Shown: positions 53,770-64,000 of the stretch, one piece after another | Numbering within the stretch: the first letter of the stretch is position 1 | Layout of the letters: every line of letters begins with the position of its first letter | NCBI GenBank assembly: GCA_951406725.2 | Contig: OX597818.1 | Location: 59,458,001 to 59,522,000, forward strand | Direction: 5' to 3' | Length of the DNA stretch: 64,000 nt | DNA from: Octopus vulgaris | Taxonomy: Eukaryota | The notes under the pieces: model-generated | The model's input: only the letters and a program-made list of their open reading frames with translations | Told to the model about the DNA's origin: nothing | Databases searched by the model: none | Program-made: the position numbers and the translations under genes

Positions 53770-55058
53770 CGAGGGGCGTTCAATAAGTAATGCCCCTGAC
53801 CCACTTCCCATAGCAGTAGAGCAACGAAACTTGGCACAGTTATTAGTCTTTTCCTACATGGGAACCACACAGAGTTACGCATTTCTCCCGGTGTTTGATG
53901 CAGCTCTGGAGACCATTTTTGTAGAAGACTCCAGTTTGGTCCTCCAACCACGACGTGACTTCAGAAATCAAGGTTGCATCATCTGTGAAACGCTTTCCTT
54001 TCAAAAACAACTTCATGGCTGAGAAGAGGTGAAAATCTGAGGGTGCAACGTCAGGAGAGATGGGGGAGGAGTTCATAGCCGCACACCTGTGCTTCTGATT
54101 TGGCGACAAGCGAGTTGTGGACCAGAGCGTCGTCCTGCAGGAGGAGGATGCCTTTGCTGATATTGCCCCACCTCTTGATTTTGATAGCTTCCCTTAATTT
54201 CCTCAAAAATGAAGCATAATAGGCCCCTGTAATTGTGGTACCCTTTGCCAGGAAATCTGTCATCACTACTCCGTTCTGGTCCCAGGAGACTGTGAGCATG
54301 CCCTTGCCAGCGGAGGGCTGCACCCTTGCCTTCTTTAGGAGGAGGTGAGTTACGGTGCTTCCACTGCATTGACTGGGCTTTGTTCTCTGGATCATAGTGA
54401 TGGACCCAGGTTTCATCCTGTGTAATCAGCCTTTTGAAACATTTTGACTCGTCTTCTTGGCACATCTCCAAATTCATCCTCGAGCACTCGACGCGTTCTT
54501 GCTTCTGGAAAGGTTTGAGCAACCTGGGAATCCATCTGGCAGACACGTTTTGCATATGCAAATAGTCATGAATGACAGTTTCCACAGACCCGGTACTAAT
54601 CATGACCTCATGGGCTATTTGGCGAATAGTTATGCGTCGATCTTCCAAAATGGCAGCCTCAACTTAACGGACAGATGCCTCATCAATGACAGAAGGGGGG
54701 GGGCGACCAGATCTGGGAGCTGTTTCCACAGAGTTCCGATCATGTTTGAATTCACGATGCCAGCGTTTTACAAGGTCATATGATGGGACATCATCACCAT
54801 AAGTTACTTTCATTTCTGCAAAAGTCTCCCGTGGTGTGCGTCCTTTCAAATACAAAAACTGGATCACTGCTCGACACTCAATAGGCTCCATTTCACACTT
54901 GACTCAGTTCAAATACCTGTAAATCAGAAACCACAATTAGTTCAGAGCTGTAATTTGCCACTTAATCTATAGAGAAATACATAATTGCACATGCAACATT
55001 TCAGCTAGATCAAACAACTGCAAGTGGGTCAGGGGCATTACTTATTGAACGTCCCTCG
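53770..55058 (-). mobile_element. Full-length but inactivated mariner (DD34D, irritans-like)
   Basis: TIRs cgaggggcgttcaataagtaatgcccctgacccactt / aagtgggtcaggggcattacttattgaacgtccctcg, with TA flanks. Confidence 0.92.
53843..54891 (-). pseudogene. Frameshifted mariner transposase
   Basis: MEPIECRAVIQFL..RSGRP, WIPRLL, TQDETWVHHYDPE, LLQDDA and SPDVAPSDFHLF lie in four different ORF pieces. Confidence 0.9.
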
Positions 55059-55562
55059 TATATATATATACATGTACATTCACACGTTAAATTGTACATA
55101 ACATACATACACAGACATATATACACAAACAAACACCCAAACACATATAAGCATTCATGCATATATTTGTGCGTGTGTATTTGTGCGTGTATATATATTT
55201 GATAAATGATTTTAACTAATATATATTGCAGTAAGAACGGAATTCCTAAAAAATATTTACATTCGAATATTCTAGAAGACTTTACACTAATTTTGAAACC
55301 TACCAAAATATACAACTTCCCTTTAATGAAGCGAATCTTTCATTTCCAGTTCTGCTTTCTCGAGTAAAACTGCACACGTCTCACGGATATTATTCACAGT
55401 TCCTGTTTTCAGTGCCCAATCTATAAATTTTGTAATGGTCAACGCCATTAACGTCATCTTATGTGATAAAACTGATTCGCTTCATTATCACTTTTTTGGC
55501 ACCTTTTGTCAAGGTTAGAAATTAATAGCAGTATTATTTCTGACAACATATATATATATATG

Positions 55563-56102
<540 letters not shown>

Positions 56103-56170
56103 GAAAAATTTAGCAAACGCCAGAATGTAATCAAGCAAGACGAAACAAAAGCAACACACACTCACACACC

Positions 56171-56206
<36 letters not shown>

Positions 56207-56210
56207 CACC

Positions 56211-57030
56211 AAATAAGGAAGTAGAGAGGATACAAAATGGACAGACATCAGTCGTTAAACATTCCGGTATGTCTATTTATTCCAATGTATTAGGTGAATA
56301 CATACAGATTTATAAGTAGTACAGCATATCAAATATCAAGAGGTAGTAATTGCAAAAATAAGGGTGTGAAAGCATATAATCATATAGGAACAGGTGACCG
56401 AATGAGTACATGAGCAAATGAGCAGACTGTCCGTAGGGGTTAGTTCCATCGGCCGTTTCTGCCAAGAGTCAAGGAAATCTTCCAGGTTGTCTCCATCTCT
56501 TCAGTGTTATGTAGGAATGAGCAGGTAAGACTTGGATAATGAATGTGCCTCTAGGCTTCTTCAGAGAGTCTAAATGGTTGGGAGGGCTAAGGAATATAAA
56601 AACACTTAATAATAGCTACTGCGTTATTAAACAAAATAGTAGAAAAAGAAGAGTAGTTATAACAAGAACAAACATGAGGATGTGGGTGAAGTACATCTTA
56701 GTATATATTAGTATACTAAGAGGTACATTCATTATCCAAGTCTTACCTTTTCATCCATACATAACACTGGAGAGATGGAGACAACCTAAAAATTTCCTTG
56801 ACTCTTGGCAGAAACGGCCGTAAGTAACTAACCCCTACTGACAATCGGCTCATTTGGTCATGCACTCATTCAGTCACCTGTTCCTATAAGATTATATGCT
56901 TTCACACCCTTATTTTTGCAATTACTTATAAATCTGTATGTATTCACCTAATACATTGGAATAAATAGACATACCGGAATGTTTAACGACTGATGTCTGT
57001 CCATTTTGTATCCTCTCCACTTTCTTATTT
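56211..57030. mobile_element. PLE-derived ~310-340-bp inverted repeat with hammerhead-like motifs
   Basis: Arms 56211-56552 and 56719-57030. Left arm (minus) CUGAAGA...GAAAC ggcc GAU; right arm CUGGAGA...GAAAC ggcc GUA. Confidence 0.6.
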
Positions 57031-57413
57031 CACGTATAAATCAAGAGCAAACCATATTTTATCTCCGCCCATATATGACACTCAATTGCAAGATTGCCAC
57101 GCAATAACTAGCGCTTTTGCATAAAAAATATTGAGTACACTACCAGTATATTGGATAGGTACTATACCTTAGTTGGTTTCTCAAATCCTAACTCACACAG
57201 AAATATATATATATACATATATATATATATATTTTCACTCTCGATGAATTTACCCCTTTTTTGTGTCCCTAGCACTTGGCATCCTTATTTAGGGGCCCTT
57301 AATTATATTTCTATATGAATAATATTTTTCTATATGAATAAAATTTTGTCTAACGACTAATTCGTCTTTTGTGCTGGGCCACCGGTAGTAATCTATGTTA
57401 TTACCCTTTTTTG

Positions 57414-57486
<73 letters not shown>

Positions 57487-59066
57487 AGATATATATAAGT
57501 ATGTATCTATGTATGTATGTATGTATATGTGTATTTGTGTGTTTGTTTCTGTATGTTCGCTGTGTGTGTGCCCGCAAGCGATGAAAATGAATCTATATTT
57601 TCAGAATAATGTCGTGTCAACTTAATTCTCTTATCTTCAACAATAAATCCCGAATAACAGCAAGTTGTGTGTCGATATCTCCCACCGTTTCAGCAGAATT
57701 AACCACGGATTCTTTCTATTTAGTTGATTTCTTGCATCTTCGAATAGGCTCAGTTATTGATAATGAGAACAGCTGAATTACTGTTGCAGAAAAGTGATAC
57801 GAAACATTGAGAAACATACGTTCGTGGATTATATTGCGACAAAACAAAGAATATGCGACGGAATTACGCAAATTATTAATCTTTTTTCCAGCAACGTCAG
57901 TAAATCATTGCAAGTTTAAACAATAAATATACCCACGATGGCCTCTTCGGCATTCATACAGTTGTACTTCGTGTTTCTGCATACTCATAATATCAGTTAT
58001 TCCAACAGACATGCGAAAAGCTAGTTTCCTCAGCTATCAGTATATCATTAGATATAACGATAAATATTTGCTGCATTGATCAAATCTGTTCAATATCAAT
58101 AAACGATGATACTGAATTGATGAATCTCAGAATAATATATAATATTTCCGATTTTATTTATACAATATCTTCTTCAGCTAGTCATGTAGTATATCTAAGT
58201 CTTCTTCGTTAACTGGTACATAAATAGTTACTCCAGCTACATTCTGTAAACATATGTTTGCTATATATTTGCTATATAAAATTACAAATTATACATATGT
58301 AATATCGTTTTTCTTTGCCGAGGAAAGATGCCAATATCTGTGTAAAAAGTGTAGAATCTGTAGCTAGAATAGCATAAATCTGACATATTTGTGGCATTTC
58401 GTTTGGATGCATGGTTTATTAGACATGGATGTTCCCTTTGGTAAGTTTCCAAATTTCCAGTTCTTTGGGAATATGTGCAGACCATGTAGTAGTTTTCGAA
58501 AACTTTTATCAGTTTAGTTTTGTGTAGTTAACGAGAAAAGGCGGGAAAAGGTGTTGTAGTCGAGCAAATGAAAGAGAAGTGAGAAGGGCGTTCAAAAGTT
58601 GCAGATTTCAAAGGAAGTTCCAGAGGAGAGATTGAAACAATGTAGAGAGGAATAGCTGTGTTTTTGCTTGGCGTGATAGGAAGCGTAACCGAATATTCTG
58701 AAAATTACGTACTACTGTCTAAAAAACGAAAGTATTAAGAGATATTTTAACAGAAAAGCACTAAATTAGTGGCGTTATGGCTATAGTGCTCTTCCATCTT
58801 AGAGTCAATTAATCAACGCTAACAGGAAAATAAATAACTAAAGCGCATTGTTTTCATTGGAAGTGTGCCAGGTGATCGACCGAAAGGATGGAAGATTTAG
58901 GCAAAAAAATTCAAGTGATACAGTAATAATTGCTTGCTAATGTTTTCATGCTTTTTAAAAAAAATTGTGTGTGTTGTTAGAGCACCTTGGCAAATATCTC
59001 CAGCATTTATAATGGATTATGGATTATGAGTCAATTTGGTAGAGCGAAAATTAGTGGAAGCCCGCC

Positions 59067-59106
<40 letters not shown>

Positions 59107-59108
<2 letters not shown>

Positions 59109-59332
59109 TCTTTTACTCTTTTACTTGATTCAGTCATTTGACTGCAGCCATGCTGGAGCACTGCCTTTAATCGAGCAACTCGACCCCGGGACTTATTCGT
59201 TTGTAAGCCCAGTACTTATTCTATCGGTCTCTTTTGCCGAACCGCTAAGTAACGGGGACATAAACACACCAGCATCGGTTGTCAAGCAATGCTAATGCTA
59301 GGGGGACAAACACAGACACACAAATACACACA

Positions 59333-59406
<74 letters not shown>

Positions 59407-59560
59407 CATCTTTCAGTTTCCATCTACCAAATCCACTCACAAGGCTTTGGTCAGCCGGAGGCTATAGTAGAAGACACTTGCCCAAGATGCAACGCAGTGG
59501 GACTGAACCCGGAACCATGTGGTAGGTAATCAAGCTACTTACCACACAGCCACTCCTGCG

Positions 59561-59563
<3 letters not shown>
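59107..59563 (-). mobile_element. SINE family B
   Basis: Match to family B. Confidence 0.85.
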
Positions 59564-59637
<74 letters not shown>

Positions 59638-59834
59638 ATATATATAGAAGGCACTTTGTAGCGCTCAAATGATTCATACTTAGAATCCGATGTCCTTACA
59701 TGGATAAATTCCGTGGGATGAAGCATAGCTATAAGAGGGATCGAGTTCAGCAAATATGGGGGCAATTATGCGTATAAACAAATTAAATATATTAAATATA
59801 ACAGCTTGGGTATGAAATCCAAAACATGTATATA

Positions 59835-60492
59835 TGTTTGAAGGACAGATCAAGGTGAGGCTGACATTAAAACACGAATCGACCTCGCTCGCCAAGCCTT
59901 CAACCGACTCAATGCACGACTCTGGTCAAGATCTGAGATCCAACGCACCACCAAAGTACGAATCTACTAAGCACTAGTGCGAACGATTCTCCTTTACAGC
60001 AGCGAGTCATGGCCGATGAGGGTGGAAGATATTACGCGACTAGAGTCCTTCGATCACCTCTGTCTACGCCGCATCCTTCGTGTCCGATGGCATCACTTTG
60101 ACTCCAACAATTCGGTGCGACACCAGTGCAGAATCACCTCCCTCCGACATGTCATCCTAACGAGACGTCTGCGTTGGCTGGGTCGTGCCCTCCGTCGTCA
60201 ACCAGGAGAATTCATCTACGAAGCAATTGCCCCAGCTCCCCTTCAGGGTTGGTGAAAGCGTTGTGGTGGACAAAGAAAAACCTGGCCGATGACAATCAAG
60301 GCTGATCTGGAGCCCAACCTAGGCCCCCATATCTACGGCTTACGCGACTGGAATAAGGAGTTGTTAGAAATCACGCGGTCGTTAGCCTCAAATCGCCAGG
60401 CCTGGTCGGCGTTTGTGAGAGATACAGCATTGAGGATGAAGGAAGCCAGCTCAACCCACTCCGGGTGAATGCTGTCTCAAGACAAGACAAGA
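59835..60492 (+). mobile_element. RTE-clade LINE 3' fragment (second RTE family)
   Basis: RIDLARQAFNRLNARLWSRSEIQRTTKVRIY*ALVRTILLYSSESWPMRVED...RRLRWLGRALRR...GGQRKTW; (caaga)n tail. Confidence 0.85.
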
Positions 60493-61839
60493 ACCAGATA
60501 AGCCAAAGAGTGGAGATTTTCAGACGATGAATATTTCAGCATAACTATATAGATATTTATATAAATAGATCCACCATACACAGAGTGAACTGTATCTGTT
60601 AATATCTACACTATGCTCTGAAATGTAAGATATTTTCTACCCTGATGACGGATGCTAGTTTTGTCCAATGTTGACTGCGGCTTGCATATTGTGATGACGT
60701 ACATCTACGAACATTATGATGGATCTCCAAGATCTCGGAAATAGGTGTTGGGCCTATAACATCGTATGTTCCCACCTTTACTTTTCTCCGTCTTTTGTAC
60801 GCTGTGTAATGTTGATCTCTTAATACAAATGTCTAAAACCAGTATGGTCATAGTTTGAAGTATTTGGTCGTAGGGTTCCGAAGTCAGGCTAAACGAGAAA
60901 AAACAGCACTACCAATAAGGTAACGATTGGATCTCTATAATGCCAGTGAGTCTACAATAAACAGTAGCCAAATATTGCGCTCAGATCAAACTTCACCCTC
61001 TTAGTAAGGGACAATACTTTGGATAACTTTGGATAATAAATACTTGGTAAGTTGGAAGAGCTATTAATGAGTTGGGGACAGTGTCTTGTAATATTCGTCC
61101 TCATACTCTAGACTCATACTTTGTGGAAATCCTCTTTGCTTTTCATCATTTCAGGGTCTATTTCACAAAATTTCCTTTCTCTTCTTTAATGGAAGAAATC
61201 AGATATGTACAGGGTTGTGGGTATTTGGAGAGGGAAAGCCTTATGCAGGTTTATAACACTCATGACATACCCTACAACTTGACATCAGGTGAACGACATC
61301 ATTACAACTACTAGGCTCAAGGGGAAACTATCTTTAGAGAACAGGAAGAAGATGAGATCTACCACACTTGAAAAAGGGTTGGATGGTAACATATGTAAGA
61401 CATTTAATCGTAGTTATTATGAATCGGATACGAAATGTAAAGAGGTGTAAAAACCCATCATGAGCCATTGTGGGTTCGCCCATCGTTTCACTTTGTCTGC
61501 TTGAAGTTCGAAGAAAAGGAAGAGTAAACTGAAGGAACCAAAGCTGCATTCTATAAAATAACTTGAGTCGTGTTCTGCAAAGGGAAATTCGATCGAGATT
61601 ATGCTGCGAGATACAAGAATTGCGAAGAAAAATTAGAATTGGTTTGTTTCTATTTTGTTATGTCAATTGGAAAAGTTGTGTTCCGACACTCCTAATAAGA
61701 TATGAACCCTCCATGAGCTCGTCTGAATTAAAGTATTAATCATTTACATTGCCAGTCCAGTTTCATTGACCACTACGAGAAAACCGGGTTCACCTTATAC
61801 GTAATCTTGCTCACATTCGAAAACATATATCAGATACCA

Positions 61840-61963
61840 CCGTGACCGTGATCACCGTGACCGACCATGCTATCAGATGTTGCTACATATCGCTGGTCAC
61901 GATGCCCTTCGCATTGTTTTAGCCTTCAAATGACGCCACCCCGCTGGCTCAGTGAGCAAGCCA
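61840..61963 (-). mobile_element. SINE family C 3' fragment
   Basis: accgtgaccgaccatgctatcagatgttg...ccccgctggct. Confidence 0.7.
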
Positions 61964-62065
61964 ATATATTAGATATATTTAATAAAAATAAGGTCGAATC
62001 ATTAGCACTTGATGCATAACACTTGACGTCATTTCGTCTGTTTTCACATCCTGACTTCAAATTCT

Positions 62066-62293
62066 TATTTCTTTATTGCCCACAAGGAGCTAAACATAGA
62101 GAGGACAAACAAGGACAGACAAACGGATTAAGTCGATTATATCGATCCCAGTACGCAACTGGTACTTAATTTATCGACCCCGAAAGGATGAAAGGCAAAG
62201 TCGACCTCGGCAGAATTTGAACTCAGAACGTAGCGGCAGACGAAACACCGCTAAGCATTTCGCCCGGCGTGTTAACGTTTCTGCCAGCTCGCC
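62066..62293 (-). mobile_element. SINE family A nested antisense in an older related SINE (61990-62440)
   Basis: TSD tcctga(c/t)ttcaaattct at 62049-62065 and 62298-62314. Confidence 0.85.
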
Positions 62294-63206
62294 TTCTTCC
62301 TGATTTCAAATTCTGCCGAGATCGACTTCACCTTTCAACCTTACGGAGTCAATAAAAATGTACCGGGCGGTCACTGTTGCTGTTGTAACCGATTGACCAT
62401 CTCTCTAAATTGCTGGTCTTGTGAAAACATTTAAAGCAATATATCGAGTAATTTTGTAAAGAATATCAGTCATGTAGTGCGTGTTATGTTCCTTGACGCT
62501 TACAGCCGTTATCGACATTGGATTCTTCCGAAGTATACAAAATAATTCCCTTTCAAGTATTGTACTAATGTAACAGCACGCCTTCGCTATCGTTCTTTAG
62601 TTATATACAAATGTAAGAACCGGTTATATATCATCTTCACTTGTTTTGTTTTGTTCGTTTTTTGCATTAAATCGATGCTATATTTCTGTTGATTAGTTAC
62701 AGAAGCATCCTTCTGTCCTCAATTCGAAATAATGTACTTTGTTGAAGTTCAGCTCTTATCAAAAGTTTACTTCCTCTGAGTCCAGTTCTTTTAAGTTAAA
62801 ACAGAATAAATGCACTCAATGACTGTATCGATTCAGACGTCATTGTTATTATAGCTTGAAGCAAGATCGCTACAGCAGGGAAGTTAATGCGAACGATTCG
62901 CTAACTTTGTTTTTAGATATAGATAAAAGAATAACCAAATAACTACTTTTGAAATACTTGGTATATCTGTGAATACAACACCAGGAGAGGAGGACTGTAT
63001 TATTCCTACGAATGATTGAACTGACGGACTTATATAAAACGAATATATAAAGGGCGTATTGGGAAATTCCATGCATTTATATAACTTTGTTAGGCGTCTT
63101 TTTTTTTTCTAGAAGTAAATTGCATCCCGTTTAATCAACTCATCTTGAATCACTTGGAAGTGGTTTCAGTGAATTACTGTCGAATATCGCGCGTCACAGT
63201 AGTAGT

Positions 63207-63423
63207 AAGTTAGTTAGTTAGTTAGTTAGTTAATTTTTGGGCTCAAAAGCAAAAAGCAAGGCCATGTAGGGGGACATGGAGTTAAGTACAGAGTGGTGTT
63301 CATGTAAAGAGTTCAGGCCACTTGAGGTCAAGGGAGACTTTGAACAAAGCGGTCGTCGGCATCTTCGTCTGGCAGCTTGTTCCACGGATCCCCAACCCGG
63401 ACGGAGAAAGCTCCTCTCCTTCG
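63207..63423 (-). mobile_element. CR1 LINE 3' end
   Basis: RRGAFSVRVGDPWNKLP...LFKVSLDLKWPELFT*; (TAAC)n tail. Confidence 0.75.
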
Positions 63424-63424
63424 T

Positions 63425-63455
<31 letters not shown>

Positions 63456-63527
63456 CAGTAGCTGCAGCAGCTGTATTTTTCGATATAGTCTTTGTTATTT
63501 AAACCCCATATATTGCCCAGATCAAGA

Positions 63528-64000
63528 TCTCTATATATATAAACGGCAAAATGTCTTTCTCTGTGTGTGTTTGTGTGTGTGTGTGTGTGTGCGTGTGTAT
63601 ATGTGTGTGTGTGTGAGTGTGTGCGTGTCCTTTATATAAAACCACAATTTTTCAGTTAGAGGGCTCGCACTTTCTATGGTTATTCAAAACCGTCCAAGGG
63701 TGGTCGTGCACATCTTTACATTTCCCCAGTCAGCGCGCCAAGCGATTAAAAATCAATAGAAGTGAATTTTTTGTGAATTTTCTATCCAAAACCCAATCAA
63801 AATGCCCGAAACTTGATACGCCAATTGAATGCCAACTAACTATATGTGATTGGTCGGAAATTTGGACAGTACTTGTGTGTATGTGCGCACGCACGCAGCT
63901 GTCTATGATAAAACGTGTTTCAACTGTAAAACCGTGACCATGCCGTCTTTTATGACAACATCGCATATTTCTTTGCTTGTTTCAGGGATAACAGGGATTT
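63528..64000 (+). mobile_element. Helitron-like element, 5' part (runs off window)
   Basis: A|TCtctatatatataaacggca start resembles 49537, followed by a (TG)n tract. Confidence 0.55.

Noticed and set aside
54457-54783. 108-aa plus-strand ORF
   Set aside because: Antisense to the mariner transposase.
58282-58485. Weak resemblance of NHASKRNATNMS to PLE GIY-YIG C-terminal sequence
   Set aside because: Too short and degenerate to call without a homology search.

Overview
AT-rich, repeat-dominated animal genomic DNA. The SINE families, microsatellite load and a mollusc-like cytochrome b NUMT suggest an octopus or other coleoid cephalopod (inference). No host gene is confidently recognisable. 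One weak candidate is a three-exon, Cys-rich ORF on the minus strand at about 21.1-22.1 kb. Contents: a deleted Tx1/L1-clade LINE; a stack of R4/Dong-like fragments in (TAA)n tracts; RTE and CR1/L2 3' fragments; seven non-autonomous Helitrons; an intact 348-aa rosa/Visitor-like Tc1/mariner transposase with DD38D spacing; a decayed full-length DD34D mariner; a MITE with an 8-bp TSD; a cytb NUMT; about 30 tRNA-derived SINEs of four modular families; and many microsatellites, which explain most ORF-track entries. The most striking hidden signal is a set of at least six sequence-distinct minimal hammerhead-ribozyme (HHR) motifs of Penelope-like type. Most lie in long fold-back palindromes, several of them within (AT)n tracts, and they include core variants (U3-A8, U4C). 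One forms the 3' tail of a tRNA-headed SINE.
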